From the NCBI GenBank assembly GCA_029717555.1, contig JAMDHS010000041.1:1-64000 (forward strand): a DNA stretch of 64,000 bases, given 5' to 3'. Below the pieces are notes generated by a model that searched no databases, had not been told where the DNA came from, and saw only the letters and a list, made by a program, of their open reading frames with translations. The stretch's first letter is position 1, and each line of letters begins with the position of its first letter. Source of the stretch: Peribolospora baueri. Lineage: Eukaryota. Positions 38,083-49,985 of this stretch are shown piece after piece. The translations under genes were made by a program, and so were the position numbers.

Positions 38083-40079
38083 ATGAAGCTCTCCCCCCTC
38101 CTCTTACCTATCGCGCTGGCCGCCTTGGCGCCCCACGCGGATGCCAAGTCGGGCCACTACGCTACGCCCGCCATGGGCCGGTATCACGTCGGCCCCGATT
38201 CGACGTACGAGCCGCGCGGCATCCGCTCCCACCGCTCCCTTCACGCTCACGACCGCCTCGTATCGCGCAACCCGAGCGTTAACCCCTTCGAGCAGGCCGA
38301 CGAACGTGAGCTTATCGAGGAGATGCAGAAGCGCGAGGCGATGGAGTTGGAGGAGAGGAGCAAGAATTGGTCGCTCAAGCAAACCATCGCTGGAAAGGAC
38401 TTTTGGAACCACTGGGTGAGGATCCCTTGGCGACCGTGAACCGTTGCGTGGATGACCTGTCATGGTGAAGAGCGTGTCTCCATGTGGCCGGCACGGAGGA
38501 AGCGAACGGTCTCGCGAGGAGCTCAAGGGCCACGAGTGCCTGATAGCTGACCCTGCAATCCACGCACTCACCTCCTCCCTTTGGTAGTACTACGGAACAG
38601 ACAAGGGCGCCAACGGCGGTCTCGCACAGTGAGTGTCGCTCCCACCGCACCGCCGCACCCGTGCAGATCCAGGCCGCAGGAGCCGGAGGACCCGAGTGAC
38701 CGACTGATAAACCGACCGCTCACCTTCCACGACGTCCAGTTATCTCGGCAAGGACGAGGCCTTCGCTCACAATCTGCTCGTCAACAACAACGATGGCTCG
38801 GTGACCATCCGCGTCGACACGACCCCCACTGTCAGCCAGTATCGCCGGGCCACGAACATGTTCTCCACGTTCAAGTTCTACATGGGTAACATGGTGAACC
38901 TCGTCTCGTCGCGCTCTTCGTCGTCCGTTCCTCCACTCCTTGCTCACTTGCCCTACTATCCCTTTCATGTGTCCAGGTCATTTTCGATGCCACGCACATG
39001 CCCAGTGAGTTACTAAACACTTCCCGGACGACCTTTTTTTCCGCAACTTTTTCTGACCTCATGCCCATCATCGTCTCCTCGCCGTCGGCTGGACAGCCGG
39101 TTGTGGCTCCTGGCCGGCACTTTGGACGGTCGGCTCTGGCACCTGGCCGCAGGGAGGCGAAATCGACATCATCGAAGGCGTAAACGAGTTTAAGCAGAAG
39201 TGAGTCGACGAGGTGGCCGGTTTTTTTATCGTCTTCGAGCGACTGCGTCACGACGGACATGGCTCGCTGACGTGCATGGACGTCGTCGATCTGTCATCTC
39301 GAACAGTGCCATCAGCATTCACACCAAGGTGAGGAGAGCGGCGATGCTGTGCGAGCGCCGTCCATCGCCGCAAACTTTCCTTTGACATCATCTCATCTTA
39401 TCCCTTCTTCAAAGTCCGGATGCTGGATCCCTTCGAGCGGCGACTACACCGCCAAGTTCATGGATTCCGACCCTTCTTCACGCAACAACTGCGCCGCCAA
39501 GGAGACCAACGACGAGGGTTGCGGGTGAGTGGGTGGAGGGCAGAAGAGCCGTTTTGAGCACGGAGGAAACGCGGTTGCGTTGGGACGTGATGGACTCGGC
39601 TGACGTCGTCGACCCTGCCTTACCTCGCTCGCTCCGCCCTGTCTGTCCCTCTCGCCATCAGTATGCGCGACCCGCAACCGGACTCGTACGGCTCCGCGTT
39701 CAACAAGCAAGGCGGCGGAGTGTACGCGTTGGTTTGGCGCACGACGTCGATCAAGGTCTACTTCTTCCCCCGCGACAAGATCCCCGCGGACATCAGCAAG
39801 GGCCACCCTAATCCGAACAGCTGGGGCAAGCCTCGGATGAGCTTCTCGTCGCAAAAGTGCAACTTTCACAACTTTTTCACGCCTCAGCAGCTTGTCCTTT
39901 CCAACAACATTGCCGGCACTTGGGTCGACGGCGTCTGGGACAGCGCGGCGTCGTACGCTGGGCAGGAGAAGAGCTGCAGCGCTCTCACCTCGCACACTGT
40001 CAAGGAGCACGTCCTCGCCGAGGGCGCCTCCTTCTCCAACGCCTACTGGCGCATCAACTCGATCAAGATCTACGAGTGA
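38083..40079 (+). CDS. Glycoside hydrolase family 16 (fungal endo-1,3(4)-beta-glucanase-like), multi-exon
   Basis: Signal peptide [16 protein letters not shown], then [18 protein letters not shown]...[14 protein letters not shown] (EIDIIE catalytic motif), [25 protein letters not shown]....PNP.SWGKP and [14 protein letters not shown]. Confidence 0.92.
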
Positions 40080-41949
40080 TGGCACAAAGCGAACCTCGTC
40101 GTTTCGCCTCGCTTCCTCTGTCGCTCGCCTTCGCCTTCGCCTTCGCCGCGCCCCGCCCAGTCTTTTCTACATGACTTTTTTTTTTCTTCGTTTCTTGTTT
40201 AGCTGGGCATGTTAGGCTGTCGCATGCTGGCTCATGTCATGTCATGTCATGTCATGTCTTTCGGCCCCGCCATCCTCCATTCATCGGGCCTCATCGTCAT
40301 GGATTTTATTTTCGTTTCTCCCCCGGACCGAAATCAACCTTGCGGTCTTTCTCCGTCCGTCCGCCCAGACAACCCCAGAGGCTTTCTTGGACGAGCTCCC
40401 CTCCCTTCCCCCTTCTTAGATTGCGCGCTTCAAGCGCACTCGTGATACCCCTTACCCGTTGTCGTTGTCGTCGCGTCATGCGCACATTGCGCATTTGATA
40501 ATCGACCACCTTGCCTTTCTTTCCCTCCTTCTTTCCTTGACCCACCGACGCCATCCAAACTGATACGTGCACTCGCTTACTGTGGACAAGCGAAGACGGG
40601 CAAATCAAATATCCATCCCCTCGATTCGATCCCGCTGTCACACGCCAGCTCGACATCCGCTTGATCCCACTTTTTCTTTCTTTTTTTCACACACGAGCGA
40701 GGACGCTTGGGCTAAGGATAAGGATATGCCAGGCCGTTCTCTTCTCTGTCGTCAGTCGTTCTTCAAGCGAGCGGCGTTTCATGTCCACTTGCACTATGGC
40801 GGGCAGGTAGACGCGATGCGATGCGGTGTGAAAGCGGTGTCCGTCGACAGTCGGTAGTAAGCGTAGAATGTTCCGACGAACCGGCGTTCTCATGTTCAGA
40901 TACCGTCCGTTTCGTTCGTTCGTTCGCCTAGCACGCTCTGCTTCGGATTGCCGCTGCCTTGCCTGCTTCTGATCCCCTGCCTGTTCGACCGGACGCCCGG
41001 GTCGGCTGGACAGACGTCTGAGCGAGCCCGACGTAAACCGGCCTGACTGACTTGCTCCTCGTCTCCGCTTTCGACGCCTCCCCGCATCTTTCGCGCACCG
41101 CAACCGCACGCACGCTGCTCAGCTGCCGCGGCGCTTCTCCACTCGCATGTCTTCTTTTTTTCCTTCCTCTCGTGATGTGCGACGCGCTGGTGGACGAGCG
41201 AGCGAGCGGCGGCAGCTGGCGGCTGGGGAAGCAAGGCGGGGTGGCCGTACTAAGGTGTGCGTTTCCGTGCGGGGAACAAGGAACAAGGGGACAGAGTGGG
41301 AGGGGGAAACGGTCGCGTGGTCGGTCGTGGCACATGTGATGCAAGTCGCTGGCTGATTGATTACCTGTTCTTTTGTACGACCCTCGCCCCGGGCAGACAG
41401 ACGACGGACAGCTTTGCCGGCGACTTGACCTCACCAGCCCATCCATCCAGTCAAGTGACGGATGGATGGGCCGGTCCGAGCGGGGCGGAGCAGCTGATCA
41501 CGGCCGTGTCCACATGCTCGACTCGGAATCAGTTCCTCGCCGTCCAGCAGTTCGTCCGCCTACGGAGACGGACACCCCTATTTCCTATCGTCCTCCACGG
41601 TCAAGGCCGTCCGTCTGGGTCCAGGTAGAGAGACAGACAGACAGACGGACAGACAGACAGACGACACAGCTATATATGTCGCTGTCGCCCGCTGTACTAT
41701 AGATCGATCCTCCTCGGCACTCCTCCGTCATCCATCGTCCGTCGAGTCCTTATCAGTCGCTCGTCCGATTCGCATCTCCTCTCGCTCGTATTACCCCTGC
41801 CGTTATCTCTGCTCGCTCCCCAGCCTCCACTCCGCATCGTATCCTATCCACCCTCGCATAGCACTCATCTCTACGCCCGCCCTCGTCGTCCACTAGCGCA
41901 CCAGCACCGCGTCAAGGTTGCCTACCACCCCGTCACGCCTCGCAATACA

Positions 41950-44524
41950 ATGCCCTGCCTCTCCTCCACGCTCGTCCCCGCTCCCGACTCGGCGCGCGTC
42001 AACCCGGCCTTCGATGACGCTCCTTGCCACCCCTGCGCCCTGCCCTCGCCCAACGGCCTCGAGAGCTTCTGGATGGAGACGGGCGGAGAGATGCCCGGTG
42101 GTCATGATGGCGGCCGTGTCAAACTGGAGGGAGACGCCGGTGAGGCGGATGTGGTCATCATCGGGTGAGCACCGGCGTTTGGGCCACGCCAACTTGGATG
42201 ACCGCCTTTCTCTGAGTCGTCTTCCCGTCGTCTCTCCGCTGGCTCCAACAGTTCCGGCATCACCGGCGTATCTGCCGCGTACCATCTAGTGCGAAAGCTC
42301 GCCGAGACAGAGGTCCCCCTCGACCGATACACAAAGAGCAAGCCGAGAATCGTCGTATTGGAGGCCAGAGGTTTCTGTACGTCTTTTCTTTTCTTTCTTT
42401 TCGATGCTCTCCCTCTTGGCTGAAACCGCCTTCCCCTTTCCTGCAACTTCGTCAAGGCATGGGCGCTACGGGCCGCAACGGCGGACATCTCACCCCGCTC
42501 TCTTCTCTCTCCTGGCTGGACGTCCTCCACAAGCCCCACCTCCTGCGTCACGAATGGCCTTCCACTTCCGCTAACGCAGACGACCATGTCCATCCGTCTC
42601 CCGTCGTCGTCGATGAACACGCCCTCCGCGTAGCCCAAGCCAAGCGCGTCTTCGCCCTCGAGCGCCGCACCGAGTCTACTCTGCGCCGTCTGGCCGAGTC
42701 AGACGGTGAGCAAGGAGCGTCCGTAGACCTGGTGAGCGGTGGGAACTTGCACCTATGTCAGAGGGAGGAGGAGGAAGTGGCGTATGCGAACAGCAGAGAA
42801 GCCGCCAAGAGAGACGGGTTGGAAGATGGAGAGGGGGGGAAGGTGGAGTTTTGGGATCGGAACAAGGTGAACGAGGTGCGTCGAGCGAACACGGCCGTTC
42901 GTAGGCTTTTCTTGTCCGCTCTCGGTCTGTCTCCAAGCTGTTGACGCTCTTGTTCGTCGGGTGTCGCATCACCCAACCAAAGGCCCTCTCCAACCCGACT
43001 CCCCTCCTCCGCTCCGCGTACCGCATCCCAGGCTCGAACGTCCACCCTCCCAAACTCGTCCGGCTCCTCTGGCAAGAGGCTTGCACTCAAGCCTCCAAGG
43101 CCGGTATCGCTCTCGAGCTCTTCATCCACTCCCCCGTGCTAGACGTCTCCTCCTCCTCCTCCGCAGCGCCATTCCCACGGCTGGGAGACAAGAACGCCCA
43201 GGAAGATCGATGGAAAGTTCGCACTCCCGACGGTCGTCTCCATACTCGATATGTGTTGCACGCCACCAATGCCTACCTCTCACACCTTGCCCCGCATCTC
43301 TCCGGACCCCGCGGCGTCGTTCCCACGCGCGGACAGTGCATCGCCGCTCTCCCGCGAGCGAAGCGGAGCGCAGATGGCGCTTGCGAGGAAAAGGAGGAGG
43401 GAGAGCAGCAGGACGGAGGACATCCCTGGAAGGGATGGAGGGGAGGGTGTGGAGCGAATGAGGGCTTCGAATACCTCTTCGTTCGTACAAGGCCTTCCCC
43501 TTCCTCTTCTTCTTCCTCCGCGCCTCTCATCCTCGGCGGCCTTCGCGAGGTGGCACACTGCCCAAACCCGCGCCCATACGAATGGGGCATCTCAGACGAC
43601 TCCACCCTCCGCACCGTCATATCCCGCGCCCTTCGCAAATGGCTCGTCGATCGCTTCCCGGATAGCTTTGTTGGGTTGGACGACGCTTCAGAGAGGGAAG
43701 GCTCGTTGGCCGGATGTGCTAGAGTGGTGAAGGAGTGGACTGGCGTCATGGGCTTTACGAAGGATCGTGATCCTCTTGTGAGTCGCGCGATTCTTCGTCC
43801 CGAATGGCTCCCATCTAGTGTCGTCTCCTAACCGTACCGTTCCCATACGTTTTCCTTTCACTCGATCACAGGTCGGACCGCTTCCCTCTTCTGCCAGAGA
43901 CGCAAGTGCACCTTTGAAGGGACAGTATGTAGCTGCAGGATACTCTGGACACGGAATGACGAGGGCTTTCTCCTGGTGCGTTTGTAATGCTTTCCTTTCT
44001 AAGAGGCCTAATCCTTGTCCTGGTCCGGTCGTCGGCTTCTTTTTCGCGTTTTCACGGTCGCGGATCCGAGTGGGGCAGCACGATCCTCGCTGCACTGGAG
44101 GACTGACTTACTATTGCTGTTGTTTTTATTCCCGCGCTCTCCTTTCATTTCCAGCGCCGAAGCAGTCGCAGAGATGATCCTAGCTGACATGTCCGGCAAA
44201 GCTTTCCAGGTCCCGGACTGGTTCCCCACGTCCTACCTCACTTATCATCCCCGCTCCTCCGTATTTTCCCCTTCCCTACTTCGTTCCTCCCACTCCGAGG
44301 AGGAGACCGTGGACGATGAGGTGGAGGAAGAAGGGAGGACTGTGCACCTCCGTCTCGCCTTGCGAGCCAACAGCGACGCGTCCACCGCTTCCGCCGATTC
44401 TCAAGCCACCATGGTCGAGAAGGGCTTGCGTTCCACTGTCAAGCTCGACGAATTGTCTCAGGGGATCGACGAAGGCGTCGGATCTGGCGGGACGCAGCTG
44501 AGGCTCAAATTGAAGAGGGGCTGA
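41950..44524 (+). CDS. FAD-dependent oxidoreductase (DAO family), paralogue 1, multi-exon
   Basis: LPSPN..ESFW, DVVIIG/SGITGVSAAYHL, VLEARGF/C.GATGRNGGH, VHPPKLV, VLHATNAY, VPTRGQ, WTGVMGFTKDRDPL/VGP, AAGYSGHGMTRAFS/AEAVA. Start codon uncertain. Confidence 0.9.
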
Positions 44525-45026
44525 GCGGGACCGTTGGCCGTTGGTGTTTCACTGGATATTGGACTAGCAGAACGATGCGGCCGCCCGGGCTGGACATCGT
44601 CATGATGCACCTCCCAAAGCGATCGTCCTCTTCTTTCTCGCTTGCTCCCCCCTCTGGCTGATGTATATTACGATTTCGATGAACAAACGGAATGGAATGG
44701 ACGGTGGCGTCAATACGATAACCACTCTAGGTTTGAGCTCTTGTCTACTTTTCTGTTGCAATGGTAACGGGGTGACGGGGAAGGAGCGAGAGTCGCTCAA
44801 GTTCGAGTGGGAAAGGAAGCGAGAGTCGATCAAGTTCGAGCGGGAAAGGAGAAGAGAGAGAAAAAGAGAAGGGACGTCGACGGGAAAGAGACAGCAGGGA
44901 AGCAGACCAAAGAAAAACCTATACAATCCATACTCAAGCAGCACCTACGCGAAAGCGAGCCGACCTCCCTCACCACTACCTCTCCCCTTTGCTGGGCCAG
45001 CACTCCCACCGTCTGGCCGGTCACCT

Positions 45027-46061
45027 TCACCTTGTCGCCGCCTTCACGACATCATCCCCTGCCACTTTCCCATGAGCTTCCGGGTTCCAGGCCCACCTCC
45101 TCGACCTTCCTCTACGCGCATCCTGCAAAGCCGAAGACGCCGTCTGGCCCTTGTCTGCTCCGCTCCTGCCCTCGACACCACCACTGGGAACGACGGCGCT
45201 CCTCTGCTGCCTCTGGCTTTGGCGTTGCCAGAAGAACAGCGAGCTGGAGCGCGGAATGCTCGGGGTGCAAGTAGACGATGCAGTAGACGAGGCTGCTGCG
45301 CTAGCCGTCATGGCAGGGGAAGGCGGAGGAGTGAAGGAGAACGGAGGAGGAGAGATGGGCGAGGGGGCCCGATGGAGAGAGGCCGGAGGAACAGGGCGAG
45401 GGAAAGACTTGGGAGTTGGTGCCCCAGGGAGAGCATTCAAAGTCAACCAATCCTGGTCCAAGTCAATCGCCATCGCCGAATCATTCGAGGCGGAGCCTTG
45501 TCGCGACTTGGAGAGGACGGTCGAGCGGGTCGAGCGACGGAGAGCACCGGAGCGCTCAAGGGTACAGTCGCTTCGGTGGTGGCTGACCGCCTTGGAAATG
45601 CCCACCGTGCTCCGGGATGTGCCTCGGTCGATGGCGTCGTCATACGGACCCCAGGCCTCAGAGCAGACCTCAGAGCACCACTGGGTCCAGGTCCCGAAGA
45701 TCTCTTGCTCGTCCTCCTCGAGGGTGGAGACTAGTCCGCTGTCAGCCACGAACTGGTTCCCGTGGACCCAAGTTTGAACGTGGACCTTGCGCCTAGGGGT
45801 CTGTCGGACGAGCACCACCTCCCTGGCGCGCAAGGAGTGGTTGCGGGACCTACCGCTGCTCCGCGAGGAGGTGCTACGCTGGGTGGTGGTGCTACGCTGA
45901 GAGGCAACGCTGCGACGCGAAGCGGAGCTGCCACGACGTATGAGACTAGTGATAGAGGTTTGGAGAAGAGAGTCCCTACGGGCCTGCTCGAGGGCGTCTT
46001 CGACGATCTTTAGATGCGACCGAATGTTGATGTGGGACATGTCGAGGGTCGAGACGGGCAT
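45027..46061 (-). CDS. Hypothetical Ser/Arg-rich protein
   Basis: Single long ORF from MPVSTLDMSHINIRSHLKIVEDALEQARRDS. Contains a structured-looking segment (EVVLVRQT..VHVQTWVHG...EIFGTWTQWCSEVC) within low-complexity flanks. No family recognised. Confidence 0.55.
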   Translation of the reverse strand: MPVSTLDMSHINIRSHLKIVEDALEQARRDSLLQTSITSLIRRGSSASRRSVASQRSTTTQRSTSSRSSGRSRNHSLRAREVVLVRQTPRRKVHVQTWVHGNQFVADSGLVSTLEEDEQEIFGTWTQWCSEVCSEAWGPYDDAIDRGTSRSTVGISKAVSHHRSDCTLERSGALRRSTRSTVLSKSRQGSASNDSAMAIDLDQDWLTLNALPGAPTPKSFPRPVPPASLHRAPSPISPPPFSFTPPPSPAMTASAAASSTASSTCTPSIPRSSSLFFWQRQSQRQQRSAVVPSGGVEGRSGADKGQTASSALQDARRGRSRRWAWNPEAHGKVAGDDVVKAATR

Positions 46062-46750
46062 GTTTTGAGAACGGAAAGTCGGATCAATACGCGAGAAGAA
46101 AGGGAGTGAGCGAGCGAGGTTGCTTAGGTGTGAGAAAGATGGTGAGAGGGAAGAACGGAGATCAACAACGAGCCCGCCCGACAAGCCCGTCTTTTAAGCT
46201 GTCGGACGGCGAGCGCGGCCCCTGTTATTCGAGACAATCGTGAGAGGACCTTCTATCTTGAGGGTGCAATAACAAACTGACAGACGAGGTGTGTCCAGAA
46301 GCGTCAGTTAGTTGCCAAAACAAAGCGTAGCTCAGCGCGCGAGATGTGTCCGCTTCCATGTCGAATGTTGGAGCGATGTCGACTGTTCCGAATTGAGTAG
46401 CGCTCTTATACTGTCCTCGTTATCGGCTTCAGCGGTCGTTGAGTGAGCCTCTCGCAAAGTGGAGCGGTTCAGTAGAGTCTTGCGAGCTGTAGTCGTGATG
46501 AAAGCGTAAAGGAAGCCGTCGGATGCATTGTCGTCGCGATGATGGCCTTGCCGGTTCCGGCGGAGTGGCCCGTGCGCGATTCGCATTCGCCATCCTCCTC
46601 TCCGTATCTCCAGACCAGCATGTGCAAAACTGGTGAGACCCCGCCTTAGTTTTAGCCGCCCCCTTATTTGGGCAGCTTGGGACTTGGAATTGAACCAGCC
46701 GTTCCTACGCACTGCCTGAGCCGTCGCCTGGGAGCTACAGACACCCCCGC

Positions 46751-47830
46751 TTGTCCAGGACCGTCAAATTGGACCTTCCAAAGAGAAACGAGGTGAGGGC
46801 CAAGGTGACCTACACCGTAAACTGCGACAGAGAGACCCTTCTTTTAGCCACTGCGGACGGGATCCTGAGGACGCCTTTCCTTGTTTGCATACCGGGTGAA
46901 AAGCTGCTCCCGCCGACATTAATTTCCCCGATAATGACTGAATCCAATGTCGACACGGACGTCTCTGCTTCTCGCAGGTCGCGAAGGCGCCAGAGTCGTG
47001 AGTCGCCTTTGACAGCGCGCCCCATTCGGTCTGAATCTGCGGGTGAAGATGCCAAGCGACTTTGGCACCTTGCTTTACACTGCGGAACGTAGGGAGTGCA
47101 CGGTGACGCCTCTCGCCTCTGAGCCCGATGAAGGATGTACACGACGTCCAAGCGCGGGCGGAACGAAGAAGAAGAAGAAAATCAGCAGCGATGTCCCTAG
47201 CCAAAGAACACATATCACGCTGTGTCCCGTGACCTATCCTATCTTTGGCGTTGGTTCGCACCGCTGTGATCCTATACGACCCATCCTCCTCATCCAGCCT
47301 CCCGCCAGGCAAGGCCGTCTGTCCCGGGTGCGAACGAACGTGCAAAGCACGCCCCCAGTACCCGCCATGTGTACGACCGCCCCGTATCGGGGCGCAGGTG
47401 GAGCTCCTCTTCTCCGCCCACTTCAGCCTCATTTCCTTCCTCACCTCAGACACGCCTCCCAGAACGCTACTGGCCTTTGTTCAGGCACCCCAGGCTGTCT
47501 GTCCACCCTACCAGATTGCCTCATCACTCATTACTCCAGTGCACATCTCCAAGCCGCTCACGTACACAACGATGGGACAGAGACTCCTCCGGGACATGCC
47601 TGATGATCCCAGTCTCGGTCTCGTGCAATGTACGCCAGGTGAGGGCCTTGTCATGTGCCTTGCCAACTTCGGGGACAACTATGAGGACGCAATCATCGTC
47701 TCGCAGGCAGCAATCGACAGGGGCCTCTTCTTGTATACATCGAGGAGCATTCACATCTTGACAAAGAGCGAACCGTGCCCCGAGGTAGGAGGGAGAATGC
47801 GAATGTCCGAGCATCCATGGTGGAAGTGCT
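46751..47830 (+). pseudogene. Fragmented, highly divergent RNA polymerase second-largest (beta/Rpb2-like) subunit
   Basis: TLLLATADGILRTPFLV resembles the Rpb2 IFTDAGR..RPLFIV segment. LFSAHFSLISFLTSDTPPRTLLAFVQAPQAV...KPLTYT...PGEGLVMCLANFGDNYEDAIIVSQAAIDRGLF aligns colinearly with Rpb2 ILGV.[26 protein letters not shown]...KPL.TT...PAGQNAIVAI..Y.GYNQEDS.IMNQSSIDRGLF. Truncated and split across frames. Confidence 0.75.
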
Positions 47831-47990
47831 ATCCGCGGAGGAAAGGGCGAAGGTTTGTTCTTGAGAGAACAGTGGAGGGCGACCAAGGCCCCGTCATGCA
47901 CGAGTCTCGTGAGTCTAATGGGCCTGGGTTGTGTCGCATTGGTAGACATGGCGGCCAACAACACGGCGTTGTGGTGCCACTACATATGCA

Positions 47991-49075
47991 ATGCAGACAT
48001 TCGCAGAACTCGTCCTTAGTAATAAAGGTATTGAAACTCCGAGACCTGTGGAAGATAAGGATCACCTCATACCTGTAGAGGGTACTTATGGAGCCCCTGG
48101 GAAGTTCAGTCGCATTACCGACATTTACAAAGGGAAGGGAATGGTCGCCAAAATTCAAGGCACCGTAGTGATCTACCTGCCCAGTCATAATCACTGGGCT
48201 CCCCTTTGCTCTCCAGAGGCCCAGGTAACAGTCTGCTCCGTTGTAGAGGCAGACAATGCTACGGTGAACTGCCTGACTGCGATGCGCCTCAACTCTTCGT
48301 TAATAGAGAGCTTTGCAATCCCGGTAGAAGTCATTCCACCTAGCGTGTGCATCTCAAATACGAGGCTAAGAGTCTCGCTCGACGGAGACAGTGGCCTTAC
48401 AGCGAGGCAATGTCCGCCTCTCATTCACGCACCTACAGTGCTGTCACCCGAGGGAAAGGCGAGGGTAGAGTCCGTGTCTGTCATGCCGGTAAGAGCATCT
48501 AGCGTCCTCCCCCGGTGGAATGCGAAGACTAGCCCAGGTGTAGTCCTCCACTTTCTCAGCCGCTTGTTCCTGAGCGAATTCAGCTCGATACCGTACTGTG
48601 GGCGGTATGTAACTGCATACTAGACCCCGCGTCTCAGGCCCTGGTAATTCTCTACGGGCCAGGGGGTACAGGCAAGAGCACACTCATTAGATGCCTTCAA
48701 ATGGCTCTGGCGGGGGGTTCGTGTACTCTTCCCTCTAATGCGTTCACGAGAGCGTCGAAGACCCTAGGCAATGACGTCGCTCAAGCATTACCGTCTACAA
48801 GACTGGCCGTGTCTGGAGACGTGGAGCTTGGGGGCAATATCAACCTAGGGCTCATCAAGGCAGTTACTGGCAGGGACTCGGTGCCTATACCTCCATCGTC
48901 AGCTGCGATCAGTAGCACAGTGGTAATAGGCAGTAACTCGCTTCCCTTTAGGGTTGCAGTCAGGGACTGGTCTTCAGAGGTTATCGTAAGGCGGGCTGTA
49001 GTTGTACACATGAATGTGAACACTACGGCCCTCCCGCGCGTAGTGATGCCTGACAGGCCAGAGCATTGGCTAGAC
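47991..49075 (+). pseudogene. D5-like superfamily-3 helicase fragment, copy A (frameshift ~48570)
   Basis: After correcting a 1-nt deletion: FLSRLF....QLDTVLWAVCNCILDPASQALVILYGPGGTGKST (Walker A), RLAVSGD (Walker B position), IKAVTGRD (D5 K.LTGGD-like), VVIGSN (motif C), IVRRAVVVHM (Arg finger). Confidence 0.8.
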
Positions 49076-49985
49076 TAAGGTATATGAAGCATTGGCTAGA
49101 TATGAAAAGAGCCGGCGTTCACGTCCATGTGCACATCTATGGCTCGCCTCACGATTGCCTCTGATGACCAGTCTTCAACTACAATGCTGGAGGGAAGTGA
49201 GTTGCTACCTATCACCACCGAGCTACTGATTGTAGCGGATGATGGAGGTATTGGCACTGAGTCCCTGCCGGTAACTGCCTTGATAAGTCCCAGGTTCACA
49301 TTGACCCCCAAGTTCCACGTCTCCGGACACGGCTAGTCTTGTAGATGTTAATGCCTGAGCTACATCAACACCTAGGGCCTTCGGCGCTCTTGTAAACGCG
49401 TCAGAAGGGAGGGTGCACGAGCACCCCGCCAGAGCTGCCTGCAGGCGTCTGATAAGAGTGCTCTTACCTGTACCTCCTGGCCCGTAGAGGATGACCATAC
49501 GAACCTGAGATGCAGGGTCTAGTAGACAGTTGCCTACTGCCCATAGTACAGTGTCGAGCTGAGTCCTATCGGGGAACAGACGGCTGAGAAAGTGAGGACT
49601 ACACCTGGGCTAGTCCTTAAGTTCCACCGAGGGAGGATGCTAGATACTCTTACCGGCATGACAGACACGGACTCTACCCTCGCCTTTCCCTCGGGTGACA
49701 GCACTGTAGGTGCGTGAATGAGAGGCGGACATTGCCTCGCTGTAAGGCCACTGTCTCCGTCGAGCGAGACTCTTAGCCTCGTATTTGAGATGCACACGCT
49801 AGGTGGAATGACTTCTACCGGGATTGCAAAGCTCTCTATTAACGAAGAGTTGAGGCGCATCGCAGTCAGGCAGTTCACCGTAGCATTGTCTGCCTCTACA
49901 ACGGAGCAGACTGTTACCTGGGCCTCTGGAGAGCAAAGGGGAGCCCAGTGATTATGACTGGGCAGGTAGATCACTACGGTGCCTT
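48157..49985. repeat. Perfect 339-bp inverted repeat (48157-48495 vs 49647-49985) inside ~1-kb imperfect inverted arms
   Basis: Base-by-base comparison by eye shows no mismatch over the tract. The ORF track gives identical antisense peptides (48191-48424 and 49718-49951). Confidence 0.9.

Noticed and set aside
44661..45777. Plus-strand ORFs 44661-45734 and 45151-45777
   Set aside because: They overlap the more protein-like minus-strand ORF 45027-46061 and include low-complexity UTR-like sequence.
47245..47830. Interpretation as the host RPB2/RPC2/RPA2 gene
   Set aside because: Only a fragment, lacks introns, is far too divergent at near-invariant motifs and is embedded with SF3 helicase fragments.
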